DNA of 57,780 nucleotides, the filler included, from Jimgerdemannia flammicorona (taxonomy: Eukaryota): NCBI GenBank assembly GCA_003990765.1. It is 3 parts of 3 records of this genome, joined end to end, with 100 filler letters (N's around TTAATTAATTAA, not from the genome) between each part and the next. Parts side by side here need not be neighbours in the genome. Positions count along the whole stretch, not along the records: positions 19,300 to 38,490 come from RBNJ01002003.1; positions 38,591 to 57,780 come from RBNJ01002004.1; 1 more part is not named here. One strand, given 5' to 3'. Positions 36,014-49,770 of the stretch are shown here, one piece after another (position 1 is the stretch's first letter; each line of letters opens with the position of its first letter). A model generated the notes under the pieces. The model saw only the letters and a program-made list of their open reading frames with translations. It did no database searches and had not been told where the DNA came from. The position numbers and the translations under genes were made by a program.

Positions 36014-37750
36014 AAAGAGCAGATCAAGGTAGACTGTTTTGTTTCTGTAAATCTTGACTGAGACTTCTATATTATTAAGATAGTGTGGAATCATTGAAAG
36101 AGAGACTTGGAATACTATTTTGATGACCAGCTCTCTGTCATCATAGAGATTTCTTAGCTTGATCTACTTCTCCAACTTCAGCTCAAGGTAAGAGTACAAT
36201 AAGTCAATATTATTATTAGTGATAAGTTAATTGATGTTATTTCTGAAAGCATCTGAACCTGTCTGAATATTGCAAAGTTGAAGGATATGCTTGATGATTG
36301 TTTTGGTGATAACAGTATTTAGTAAGCAAAAGAGATCTAGTTGGTTGGTAAAGGTCAGTACTTTAAAGTAAAGAAGGAATAATTTCAGAAAATCAACTCC
36401 TTGGCTATCAACATTGATAAGATCAGACAGTTGAATGTTTTGTTAAATTGCTTTAAATGGAATCTGCTTGGTCATCAATAATTCAGTAAAGAGTAAGGTG
36501 GAGTTGGGGTACCTCCCTATAAACATCAAGACACTCTTGCTCAACTCATTATTGGGGTTAATAAGCTAGAGTGAGCACTTCACCAAAAGATACTGCAAAT
36601 AGTCCAGACATAAGTTAGTGATATAAATGCCATTATCCTTTATTGTCTGAAATTTGTATCTATTATAGTATTTGCATATTTGCTCAAGATGAGTATTAAC
36701 AGAAATCTTCTTCTCTTCATTGGTTAATTTCTCTCTTTCTGTAAAGATAGACTTAAGTATACATTGAATATTCTCCTTCTTGGGCCTATATATATTTATA
36801 TGTTGGTTCAAGAGTAATGTCATATTGAATATTGAATCTGCTGGTAACATTATTTATCACAAGTAGTGACATCTCTTTAGAGATATACATGATATTAATG
36901 GTGTTTCAATTATTATACAAGTATCTTATTGAATCAATGAGCTTATCAGTCATGAAAACATGATTAACTTCCTTACTGCAATAACCCTTGATGATCCCAA
37001 AGATGGCTTTGAGAATGCTCTGCTTGTTATAGAGTTATATATATATAAGATTATATCAGTTAAGTCAAGATACTCATTGACAATTGCATCATACTTATCA
37101 ATTAAGAGGTAGATCTAAAAGTGTTGATGAACTATTAGTCAATATAATAAAGAAACTCTGTATATCATCAACAGGTTATCTTGTATGGGTAATCTCAAAA
37201 ATCTTAAAAGAGATTTTCAAGAGAAGAAAGACAGTTCTCTGGATTAATAATTTATTATCAAAGATCTTCTATATTCTTTTCTAGTAAATATGCATATTTG
37301 TTACAGAAGTCTCTAATTAATATATTGATATAGTCTCTGAGGGGTTGGTTTATTTCTTCAATACTAAAAGACCTCTATATTTATTTTATTAGTAGTTGGA
37401 CATGATGAGATAATTATTGATAAGTATATATAATAAAGATACCTTGAAATCTTAGTGAAATCCTAATTGAGGATTAAGAACTGATTGTATCACAGTTTAG
37501 AGGCATACTGATAGATCTCAAGTAGACCAAACAGTTAATTGAAATTCTGTATCTCATTAACATCATAGAAATATTAGATGGTGAACAATAGCAGTGATTT
37601 ACTAAAGCATTTTGGTCACAAGAATATTAGGACTTGTTAATCATTCTTGATTTCTTTGATATACTTAGTCTTGTCAATATAGAAGAAATTATTATTACAT
37701 AGCACCTTGAAATCAGAAACACTATTTATAGGAAAGACAATCTTTAGTCA
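36014..37750 (-). pseudogene. Decayed AAA-ATPase-like (PF09820/DUF1703-associated) gene
   Basis: Manual translation: FPINSVSDFK...FFYIDKTKYI...FL*PKCFSKSLLL...YFYD (family YVDKT...RPRRFGKS), VTSRFNI...ITLEP, YYNRYKF (WYNGYxF), LLYFKVLTF. Many stops. Confidence 0.75.
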
Positions 37751-38241
37751 TTTTGATGGTTTGAGAGTAAACTCTAGCTCTCTTTTGATAGGGATGTGTG
37801 AAGAGAAGGCTAGAAATAAAAGAGTAAGAGTACAGGATTGATGATGATAGATAGATAGAAGAGCACATGGAATAATGAGAATATTATAAAGGTAACTATC
37901 ATAAATATATAAAGGAAGCCCAAGAACCAATAAAAGATAAATAAAAAAGATTGAGCAAGTATTATATCACAAAAAGAGTAATCATTACAATATGATATAG
38001 ATGGATAAATACATATATACAGATAGATAGACAAATGCAGGCAATATGCCAAATAAATATAGAGAAGATGTTTATTAATAGATAATTAAATAGATTGAGT
38101 GAGATAGATAAATATAGATATACATAGATAAGCAATAGATAAATAGAGACAATATGATACAATATGATGTATTCTTTCTTCCTGTTATCTCTGATCCTAT
38201 TAAACTATGACTTACCAGCTAGATAAATATACAATATACAG

Positions 38242-38490
38242 TGTAACGTAGCAGACGCTTACTCTTGAAAGTACGTCGGATTTCTGTATCTTGAAAACTT
38301 GACTGTTCTGACTCTCGCAGAGTCTTCTTGAAGTTGCAGGGGAGGGTGGGTGAGTTCGAAGTATATCTGCCCGCAGGCTTACTAGTTCCTTTGCTATCTC
38401 TTTGCTTTGAACTATTTCGATCTGAGGTTTATTCACTCGAAGATACTGGGTTATTTATACAAGTTTGCTAGCTATGAGAGGGTGGCTAAG
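38242..38490 (-). mobile_element. Gypsy LTR fragment (family of 45274-45675), cut by the gap
   Basis: tgtaacgtagcagacgcttactcttgaaagtacgtcgg... is the reverse complement of the LTR 3' half. Confidence 0.9.
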
Positions 38491-38590
38491 NNNNNNNNNN
38501 NNNNNNNNNNNNNNNNNNNNNNNNNNNNNNNNNNTTAATTAATTAANNNNNNNNNNNNNNNNNNNNNNNNNNNNNNNNNNNNNNNNNNNN
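38491..38590. other. Assembly gap with artificial spacer
   Basis: N run with ttaattaattaa. Confidence 0.97.
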
Positions 38591-38720
38591 TTAATGGACT
38601 CTATGTCCCATGGAATTTTATTGGAAGGGAACCTAGACTGTATAGGCCAAAACCCTCCCCCACCACCCACCAAGCACTGCCCCCCTATTAACCTAGGCTA
38701 GCTATTGTCCAGCAGCTTGA

Positions 38721-38723
<3 letters not shown>
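38591..38723 (-). mobile_element. Short 3'-terminal LINE fragment
   Basis: Matches window 2-133; abuts a poly(T) run. Confidence 0.85.
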
Positions 38724-38761
<38 letters not shown>

Positions 38762-39879
38762 GTGGTGCTGAGGTAAAAAAGCATTCGCATACTGACGAGT
38801 CGCAAACATTTGAAAAGAACACCGGCTTTCTCGTTCATTGCAGCACGTAATAGTTTGCGCTGCGGTAGTTGATCTTGTTAATTCCGAAAGTTTGTAGGAA
38901 ATGCTCAAAGACATTAGCGATGATACTGCCTCTTCTCGTAAAGAGAGATGTCCAGTGGAGGGCAGAGAGTCGTAAACTAGAGAATAATCATTTATGTCAA
39001 CAAAAAAAAAAAAAAAAAAAACATACCTTTAGAGTTCGATAATTTCCCTAAGCAGTTGGAATGAGCGCAAGCTGTGTAAGATAATGCACATTTAAAGAGG
39101 TTAAGCATACAGAATGAATGTTAAAAATAAAAAATTGTATTTAACATTATCACTTTGATTCTTTTCGAGCAAAGAAAGTGAAGCTGGATGCATGGAGTAA
39201 ACATAGTAAACATCAATCTAGTAAGAAGGCATGCATTGGATATTCTCTCCGGAATACGTTGGAACCTGGGGAACTTAGGATCAGAACTAACGACGCAAAC
39301 TCGGCGTGTGGAAATTGGAAATTGAATTCGACGTTGAGTTAACAGTTAGGCCTAAGAATGTGGGAAGGTTGAAATGCAAGAATATGAAATACAGATGGGA
39401 ATATACCATTCATGTCATCGAGTCGGACAGGCGGGGGAAATGCGGTTGTGAACGTGCAATATAAGAACACAGAAATACGGTGAGAACAAAAAATATATAT
39501 AACATGAAATTGCGTATGAAGACGCGAAACATAAGGTAAGAGAACGCGAAATATAAGAAAAGAACGCGAAATACATGGATAGAACAGAAAATATAAGGCA
39601 ATTGTGTAAAATGTAACGCCAGTACATACAACGGAGGAAACATGGATTCCACAATAGGGACTATATGAAAAATATGAGTTCTTACCAAGAAGACGGATCG
39701 CAATGACAGCTTGGCCGTTATATAGGAATTTTACTGTGACGTCACGTTATCGGCTTAGGTCCTGTGAAAGCAATATCACGATGGAAAAGCTATTTTAATG
39801 TCTTTATACTCACCTACTCTCCGGAGTGAATCACAACCTTGAGCATTATGTCACCAATGAAGACATTATGGCCTATCTA

Positions 39880-39984
39880 CCACTTGTCCCCGTCCTTGAG
39901 ATCTTTATCTGCCACTTGTTCCCGTCCTTGAGATCTTTATCTGCCACTTGCCCCCGTCTTCGAGTTCTTTATCTGCCACTTGCC
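39880..39984. repeat. 32-bp minisatellite, ~3 copies
   Basis: ccacttgtccccgtccttgagatctttatctg repeated with few changes. Confidence 0.85.
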
Positions 39985-40659
39985 TCAAGTTCTTGGTCGA
40001 GAACATCTGCATCTTCTGGGCTGTCACCCTCTCAGTCCGCAACTGCTAGAGCGATATCAAGGAGTTCCGTCTGACACTCATGAATGGTGTACCCGTGGGG
40101 AAGTCGATCCGTAAGGGCGTCCTGACCAAGATCCATGCCAGCTCTTCGGGTGAGGAGGGTTTGATGAGTGGTGGGGAGGATTGTGAGAACTACGGTGGGG
40201 TTGATGGCCGATCGTTTGGGAGGACCAATCTGTTTTTTTGGGCATCCCCCCTTATTTTGAGGTATGTATTCTTCCATTTCTATCTACCTTCGTACATCTC
40301 TAGCCCTATGCATCAAACTAATCTCCCTCTCTACCCCCTCCCCCCCAAAAAAAACACCTTCAGTGGTAGCGCAAATCTTTGGTGTGCATCAATTGGCCAC
40401 CATCTTAGGTCTCGAGCACCGCCCTGGACACTACAGGAACCCTGATCGCCGCATGGATCGTCCATGTCCGGATATATGGTGGCCCCCTGTAGCATGCGCA
40501 CGTACAGTCAATTAGAAATATCCTGCAGGCGGTAGGTAAAGAGGCATCAGTTGACAGTGAATAAACGAGAAGGTGAAGTGAAACAGACAGTGGCAAGATA
40601 AAAGGACATTTTACATTTGCTTTCTGTTCTGAAATATATTTTGTCTTGACATTCACAGA

Positions 40660-41240
40660 CAGCACGACCATCAATGCGGTTACTAAACAACTGGAACAAT
40701 ACATCACCACCGTCCGCTTGCGTGAGCAGTCACTCGAAGACAGCCTCGCCATGGTATTCGTTTGCAAGGGGACATCGCACAGCCGTATCTGGTCGGACAC
40801 TCACCAACAACGACATGCATGGCGGGCAGGCAAGATAGTAAGGGAGATGGGGGCAAGGAAGGTGCTGCTGTGCCCGTCGGCGAGGGGGGCTGAGAAAAGG
40901 ATTGGAGATGTGATTGGGATAAAGACGTGTTCCGTGATCGAGGTAAAAGTCAGGCTCAGCATCTCGCTGGTGGGACCTTCGTTTTTATTGTTCTCTTATC
41001 TATACGTCCACTCACTCACCCATTCTCTTCCCGGCATCAGCCTTCTGCCACCTTGGAAATCTACGCCACCCTCTCTGCCTTCGTCTGCTAGAAAGTCGAG
41101 CCGGTACACGCACCCTGGCTCCTTTCCACGTTCCCGACATGCTCCAATCTGTCGCCTGGTCCGGCCTATCTCGCCACGAACATCAGGACGAGCGCCCCAT
41201 TAGCCAGCAAGGAAGCGCGTCATACCGCAGGAGACCACAG
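40660..41240 (+). pseudogene. POP3: RNase P/MRP subunit Pop3/Rpp38 (L7Ae-like) gene fragment, disrupted
   Basis: INAVTKQLE...LAMVFVCK...VLLCPSARGAEKRIGDVIGIKTCSVIEVK, then after a probable intron FVC*KVEPVHAPWL...YLATNIRTSAP. In-frame stop; the central segment looks frameshifted. Confidence 0.6.
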
Positions 41241-44200
41241 ACATCATCACGCGAGTGCCCGCCCCTGCCATCTCCACCCCCACTATTCCCGTCACCATTC
41301 CTGTCGCAGCATCTCCAGTGCCAAGCCCGCCACAACCTCAGCAACAACCGCAATCCCAATCTCAACCGCAATGGGTACCACAATAGGCGCAGCCCCACCC
41401 TCATCCGCTCGTCCCTTGAACATTTCCACTCAGACAGCCAGTTCATCAATACCATTCAATCATCAACTACAGCAGGGAAAGAGGTGGGAATAGTATCGTC
41501 AAGGCTATCCCTGAGCAGGTGCAGGATTTTTATACGTATGTACTCTCATGGTCAGACGAGACGACGGCTATGGACAAGATGGCGATAGCGACAACGGCTG
41601 CAAATTTTGCCAACTCTACAAAGATGTCAAGCTTCTTGACCTTGCAGCTGTGGATGTACGACAATGGCCACCTCATCAAGGTGAAGCACGTTCTTGACAT
41701 TGCTGGCAGTATGTACTGATTTACTTATTTTTTTTTTCGCATTCTCATTTTGATATATTGGTTCTCATCTTCCATTCATACCCTTAACTCCCTAGGCAAT
41801 CTTTTTAACGGCACGCACATAATTCAGTTGTAGCAGAAATCCGCCACCGAGGCCACCAACCAGCAGTGGTCGCCGACCGTCAACAGTTACATCTTCATCC
41901 TGACCTCGTCCTCATCACCACTAGTGCACCAAGGTCCAACTTCTCGAGCACTCTGAGCAATACCTGGGGCATCTTTGGCAAGCGCAAGGCAAAGGTGGGT
42001 GCAACGATCACGGCCACTAAGGCGGAGGAGGTGTTCGAGATGACAGAGGGAGGCAGTCACCATTCTTGCCAAGGAGAGCAAGCTGCAGAGCAAGCCACAA
42101 AAGTAAGCCTCAATTTAATTCAACAATTTATTATTTTATTATTTTATCTTGGCCTGACCCCAAACCAAATTGTTTCCCAGCCCAAAAGGTTGTCACCGTG
42201 AAGCACTACGGCCATGGTATCTTCCCTCATGACAACTTCTTCAAGTCAACAGTAAAAATGAGGATACTTCCATAAATACCGCCGAACGTTGGAGTCTGCA
42301 CGGGAGGGGTATGAGAATGGGTTAGTAGGTGTCGACGAATATTAGCATTGAGTTTGGGATGTACTATTATATATATATATTGCATATAAATTTTTGACCT
42401 ACCTGCTCATTCAACCACGTCCTACCTCTCTTTATCCTTCTCCTTCTCCCAGCACCCCACAATTCGCCATACCCTCTTCACTTTCACATCACCAACAGTG
42501 TCTCCCCCTTTCCCATTCACCTTCCTGATTCTCACCTTACGTGCTCCTCTGCCTCTCCACATGAGGACACTGCTCTTCCGCATACTTGTATGTGGTTGGA
42601 CGACTTTTTTTTTCATTTTTTTATTTTCGGGATACGATGCGTAGGCTAGGTATGGACTCCGTGAATCATTAAGAACTTCAAAAGGATAGGGAGAGGGATG
42701 CGAAGTCGGTTGCGCTGGGCAAACAGAAAAGAGAGAAAGGGGACTATCGGCCCATGGTGGGTTTGTGTTTTAACGATTTTATGTTTAGTGAACTCATTCC
42801 TGACTTACCTCCCCTCTCCAATTCCAGGCGCAAACGCGCGATCGCCATGGGGTGATTCTCCCAGATGAGCCTCTCAAGCCGTACCGCATGCTCCTCGCGC
42901 TCTCCTCGCGCTCTCCTCTGCCCGCGGAGGTGACAAACGAACAGTTCCACCTTGCGGCTGGCTTGCAACCACTCCTTCCAACGACGATGCATGGACAGGC
43001 ATCGACCCCTTCGCACAACACGCACGCTGGTGCTGGGTCCAGTATGTCTGACCACCCAGGGTGGACACCACAGTTGGTTCCACTAAGAGACATGATGAGG
43101 CTGAATCGGAGTCTGGTGGCGGCGGGGATGCTGGTGAGGGAGATACCGAGGGAGGTGGCGTTATCGTGAGAGTGATTGTTGTTCGGGAGGGAAGGGTGGA
43201 AGGCTTTCGAGGCTGTGATGGGGATGGTGTGCAAATTTTTCTTTTTTTTTGGGCTGAATAGGAATGGAGAATTGGTATGAACGGTGGGTATCTGGCTGGC
43301 ATCAGCGACACCCTGACCACGATACCGAAGCATCAGAGTCATTATGCTCGCTCCGCTAGACTGTTTTTGTCAGTATTTTAGATTCGTCGATGTCAACTTT
43401 GTATTCATTTATTTATTTATTTTGGATGGTTTAATTGCTAATGACTTTCGCCGCAGACATACAATCATCATCCAACAGTACTAATCCTAACGACTGTACT
43501 ATCGCAAGAACATACAACAACAATAAAACAATCTTCTAATCATGAACTTTATTGTTTGGATCCCATTCATTTTTAAATGCCTCCATATACTCCTTATCAG
43601 AATTGTGAAATACTTCAATAAACCTAGCCTTTACAAATGCTTTAATTGAGCCATCAATCAAGACCTTGCCCTTTCTAGCATAGAATCAGTGAATATGATG
43701 AATACTGATAGATGTTGCAATGAGACAATTACAGTGGATAGACATTGTGACCAGGTGATTAAGATCCAATATTTGGATTTGTTCATTCTGAACCAGATAC
43801 CAGATAGCTTGTCCATCTATGTATTCTGCATTTTATAGTACAAGACAAACAAAATTAGGCCATTTCATCCTAGTGTATCGAAAAGCATCTAGAGCTGAGA
43901 GGTGAAGTGATCATCATCAAATTGTTCAAACTCACTTATCACCAGTGTGCTTTTTGGTTTGTGGAGTAGGTCACATCAAGAATCCCCATTCTTGAAGTTG
44001 GGAAAGAGAAGGGCCAAGGTGGTTAAAGCTGGTAGCAAATCAGCAAGCAGATAATGAATGATGGTGAAATATGTATATTATATTCAAGTATAATATTTGT
44101 GCATATTGTAAGTTTTCAAAAAAGAAATGTCCTAAATTCGGTATCACTTTGAAATACAAAATGAGTTATCATCTTGATATGATGTTTTGCCTATTTCTTA

Positions 44201-45273
44201 CAAACTGTAGCTATACTAACTACAACATAGCCATCTCTTGCAAACCAGAAGATATCTATCAGAACTTCTGGAGGAAGATGAGAAATATAGTCTTGCTGCA
44301 GGAGGGATTGATTTTAATATAGCTATGTATACCTACTTGTGGAATCTCCTTTACTTATAGTTTCTACCTACTATTAATAGATATTACTAAGTGCTCAACT
44401 GATTTTTATAAATTGTGATATTTAAGCTATCTGATTTTTACAATTTTAAGTGTTTTGGTTAGCTCTAATTTTGTAAAGAATAGATATATTGAGATCATGT
44501 GACTGAGTTTAGAGTAGATATTATAATATCAAATTTACTAAATTGTGAAGATTGTGAGATTACTTGTAGCTGAATTCAGAGCAGATACTAAGGCCTACTT
44601 TATATTGAGATTATGAGGCTGAGCTTGAGGTAAATATAAAGATACAAGAAAAAGACAGAAAGATATTCAGAGTAGAAGCTATACTAAAGCAGATACTTAG
44701 AACTATAAAAATCAGAATATAATTTATAAAAATTAGTTGAGTATTTAGATATATTCTCAATTTACTATAATATTACTAATTAATAATATTACCAATTAAT
44801 AATTATCATAAAGCTAAATAATTCTCACTTTAGATTTTGAGTATTTTGTACTTTTGCATTAGTTGGGTGAGAAAATTGTCTTCAGGAAATCAGATATATA
44901 CTGTGGTTATATTAAAAATACAACTTTTATAAGAGTTCTAGAATAGATACTATAAACTAATATTATTATTAAGAATATTATAGGAGTATTGGACACAAAC
45001 CTCTCTAATAAATACTACAGCTTTTATTTTTTACTAACTCTGGTCTAGACTGCTATTAAACCCACTAATAAGACTCCTTGATAGGGGCCAAAATTAGTTC
45101 TCTTAGTATTATTATTGTAACTATGATATTTAATTTATATAAATAGGCTATCTGATTAATTTTTTATAATCTTATCAGGTCTTAGTCTCAAAACTATCTA
45201 CAAACTATATACATATAATATAACCTATTCAAAATCAAGACTACCATGGAAATTTATATACTGTAATAGATAG

Positions 45274-45675
45274 TGTGACATATAGTATGAAATCGAAATA
45301 GGGAACAGACACTTGATCGCACCCAGTCCCAAAGTAGTATAGCCACATAGTTAACAGTCCTCGATTTCACAACTTGCTAAATATTTTGCAAAGTGTTAAA
45401 TGACTCATAACTTAGCCATGTAACCCAGTAACTATCTCATAGCTAGCAAAACTTATATAAATAACCCAGTATCTTCGAGTGAATAAACCAGAGATCGAAA
45501 TAGTTCAAAAAGAAAAGAAGACAGCAAAGGAACTAGTAAGCCTACAGGCAGATACACTTCGAACTCACCCACCCTCCCCTGCAATTTCAAGAGACTCTGC
45601 GAGAGTCAGAACAGTCAAGTTTTCAAGATACTGAAATCCGACGTACTTTCAAGAGTAAGTGTCCGCTATGTTACA
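45274..45675 (+). repeat. 5' LTR
   Basis: Direct repeat of 51445-51846; contains TATA (tataaataa) and aataaa. Confidence 0.95.
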
Positions 45676-45777
45676 ACTTAGTGCCCATTGGCTGGTGATT
45701 CATGATGAATCCCTCACTTTCAAGCTGAACAACGAACAACTGCCACTATCCAAACCGAGCCCCAAAACCCAGACAAG

Positions 45778-48700
45778 ATGGATATGAGACCACCAGTATT
45801 CCACAGATATACCTCAGATGAATCAATCATCACCTTCATTGATGATTTTGAGCAATATGCCGCCATAAGGACCCTGACAGCAGCACAGCAAGTAGCCCTC
45901 ATGCCCTTTAGCCTACAAGGCCCTGCCAGAGCAGCATTCACAGCTGCAACCTATACAGGAAATGATGCCGATGCTATACTGACAGCACAGAAGACCTGGC
46001 TCTGAAATACATATTACATAGATGAGATCAAGCAAGCCCTGAAGGACCAGCTCAATACAACATGCCAAGGAATGAGTGAGGATCCAAACACATTCTATAC
46101 TAGAATTCGATATCAGATAATTCTTGCAGATTATGCTGCTGTTATCTGAGATCAAGTAGCTAAAGCAACCTTCATGAAAGGAGTCCACCCAGAAATAGCC
46201 ATGGCTATCTGCTCATCACCAGTAATTCTGGATCTGCCACAGAAGGTCACCTATGCTCAGCAATACTGGATAGCCAGACATCCACAGGACCACACAATGG
46301 AAAGGGTCACAGGAGTCAGAATCAAGGCACCCAAGGCAACCAGCGTGATCCCTACCACAATGATCAATTGAAACACACCTCAGCCAAAAGCTACAGAGCA
46401 GCAGAAGAACAGTGACCCTATGGAGGAACTCGCCAAAAGGTTTGCTGAAATGACTGCCCATCTGGGAGATGTGGTAAAGGAAATTCGAGGAAGAGACCGC
46501 CGCCCTGTCCAGAAGTTCACCGCCACCTCAGACAAGAAGAAAGGCACCTGCTATACTTGCAGAGAAGAAGGCCACTACTCCTATGAATGCATGAGCGAAA
46601 CCAAGTGCAAGGCTCAACCAAGTAATGCCACATGAAACAAGAAGCAGGCCAATACAATTACCTTCGAGGAGATTTGAGATTCTGATGAAGAAGAATGGGA
46701 GGCCTATCCTGCTCAGACCACCAAAAAGGATGCTCGCAAAGAACCCTACAAGAGACCACCAGGAAGACCTAAGAAGAACCCAGTGGAAAAGCAGATGGAA
46801 ACTGCCACAGAAAGTAAAGTTGAAGGGATGGATCAAGATACAGAGCTGGAGCAAGCAGTTCAAGATATCATCCGAGAAACCACTCCAGCCAGTGAAGGAG
46901 AAAAAGAAAAGAAGCTTCGCAAGATTAAGACCTTCAAGTATGATATCTTCAAGGACCTCAGCCAACAAAAGGTCAATGCAACCTTTGGTCAGCTCGCAGA
47001 AATCCCAACATTCAGACAGCAAATAAGGTTTGGACTTGCTGAAACAACTAAGGAACAAGGATGGAAGATAACCGAGGCCAATAATGCTCAAGAGGACTCA
47101 GGAGAAGAAAGTGAGGACAATCGCAAAACCTCTGCATATGCAACATGCCAAATCGAAGATAGAATCTTTGAAGCCATCATTGATACGGGAGCAGGAGGAT
47201 GTCTCCTCAGCAAGAAGGCAGCAGACCGCCTAGGTTGGAACGTGGAAGAAGCAACTAAGCTGGTGTTCGTCACAGCCGATGGCACAAGAGCCCCACCTCT
47301 GGGAAAGATCCAAGATGTTCCCATCAAGATTGGAAGAGCAACCATCCCAGTAGATGTAATCGTAACCAATGCCACCAACTATGACATCCTCATCAGCAAT
47401 CAATGGCTTCATAAAGCCAAGGCAGTAATCGATCTCAATGCCCAGAAGATGCAGATCACCTACCGGGGACAGAAGATATGAATTCCCATCAATGTCAACA
47501 AAGGAGTCCTGCCCGATATGGAGGAAGAAGAGAGTGAGCAAGAGGAAGCTTATATGGTAACTACTCCAAAGAAGAAGAAAGTCGGATGGATGAGTGAAGA
47601 GGAATGGTGCAAGAAGATGGCAGAAGGCTATGCACCACAAGGAGTCTGCCCTCATGGGATCAAGATGTACTGCATGGAGCATGTTAATGATCGCTACCAA
47701 TGCACCATCGGAATCAGAAAGATCCACCAGGAAAGAAGGCAGAAAGCTCTCGAAGAACAGATCAGGGAAGAAGAGAAGGAGGAAGATGATGAACCACCAG
47801 CCCTCCTGGAGGACAGTGATGATGAAGAAGAAATCAAGGTCAAGATTCGAAAGATCCACCCTGATACAGTCTTGCCAGAATACAAGTCAGAAAATGCAGC
47901 CGGAATGGACATTGCTACAGTAGAAGAGACCATACTGGAACCCCAGACAACCACCCTACTTGCAACCGGATTGGAGATGACTATCCCAAAGGATCATGTC
48001 AGGATTCTCAAGACAAGAAGCAGCCTGGCCAGAAGCGAAATTACAATTGAAGGAGGAGTCATCGATTCAGACTACATTGGAGAAATTCTACTCATTGCTA
48101 GGAATCACAATCCTACAATCCCATTTCTAGTCAAGAAGAAGGACCAATTGGCGCAAATGTTGATCTTTCCAATCCTACAACCAAAGATCATGGAAGTCAA
48201 GAAGCTGGAGGAAACAAGAAGAGGAAAGAAAGGATTTGGATCCACAGGAAGAGGAGTATTCACCAACACCAAGATCACCAAACTCGAGCACAAGAAGGAG
48301 GAAAACACAAGCAAGCACAGCTACACCATTGGAAATGAATTTCCACTCAAGAAAGAACTCAAGAAAATACTCCACGAATTCGAGGACGTCCTTGCTACAG
48401 ATTTCAAGGATATTAAAGGAAAGACCCCACACTACTATCATGAAGTAGATACTGGAGATACTGAACCAATTTATCAGAAAGCAAGACCTGTCCCGCCAGC
48501 CTACCAAGAATGGCTCAGAGAAGAAATCAAGCAGATGGAAGAAGCCGGCATCATCAAAGAAGCCAGCAGCCCCTGGTCCTCACCTGTTGTACTGGCCCCA
48601 AAAAAAGGAAGCAAACCTGGAGAATTTGCCCCAAGACTCTGTGTCGACTACAGAAAACTCAACATGGATACCAAGAAGGATCGCCAACCACTGCCCCTCA

Positions 48701-49770
48701 TCAATGACATCCTCATAACACTGGGAGATGAAGCACAGTACTACAGCATCTTGGACTTATACTCAGGATTCCACCAAATCGGACTCACAGAAGTGGCAAG
48801 TGAAAAGTCAGCTTTCATCACTCCAGACAGAACCTATGTCTACCTACAAATGCCATTTGGAATGTGTAATGCACCAGCAAGCTTCCAGCGAATGATGAAC
48901 AAAATCTTCTGCTATGATATGGGAAGATGGATGATGGTCTATATCGATGATGTAATCATCTACAGCAAGATACCTGAGGAACATCTGCAGCACATACAGC
49001 AGATAATGGAGAAACTAAGACAACATGGCCTTTATATCAAACCCAAGAAGTGCAAGTTTGCAGAAATCGAAATCTCGTATCTCGGCCATATCATCAATCG
49101 AGATGGAACACACATGGACCCCCTCAAAATACAAGCAGTAGCAGCATACCCAAGGCCCACTACTGTCACAGAAGCCCAAGCCTTCATGGGACTTGCCTCC
49201 TACTATTGCAGATTCATTAGAGGATTCTCCAACATCGCAGGCCCAATCTAAGAACTCAACAAGAAGGATACTAAGTTCCAGTGGACTGGCAAACAACAAA
49301 AAGCATTTGATGAACTCAAGGTCAGACTGACCCAGGCACCCATCCTCAGAAGACCTGACTGGACTCAAGAATTCATCCTACAGACTGATGCAAGCACACA
49401 AGGACTAGGAGCAGTCCTAGCTCAAAAGAAAGATAAAGTGGAATATGTCATTGCATACCTCAGCCACGGAACCTGAGGAGCTGAAAAAGAATACGAATCC
49501 TACAAGTTAGAATGCCTCGCAGTCATCTGGGCCATAGAAAAGTTCCACTACTACTTGGCTGGAAGACACTTCACCATCCAAACAGACCACTCAGCTCTCA
49601 CCTGGCTACTGATAACGGGACAACTCAAAGGAATCTATGCCAGATAGATAATGAAGTTGCAAGCTTATGACGTAACCATTGTACATCGCTCTGGAAGAAC
49701 CAATGCCAATGCAGATGCCCTCTCATGGACACCCCGAAGGACCCCACCCCCACAAAATCACCATGAATAA
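45778..49770 (+). pseudogene. gag-PR-dUTPase-RT-RNaseH single reading frame with nonsense mutations
   Basis: All ORF pieces share one frame. CYTCREEGHYSYEC knuckle; IIDTGA protease; AAGMDI, RSSLA, GVIDSDYIGEI, RGKKGFGSTG dUTPase; LCVDYRKLN, MPFGMCNAPASFQ, VYIDD RT; TDAS, TDH, NADALS RNase H. Confidence 0.95.

Noticed and set aside
43540..44070. Possible hAT transposase remnant on - (HYLLADLLPALTTLALLF)
   Set aside because: Single short motif in decayed sequence; no termini identified.
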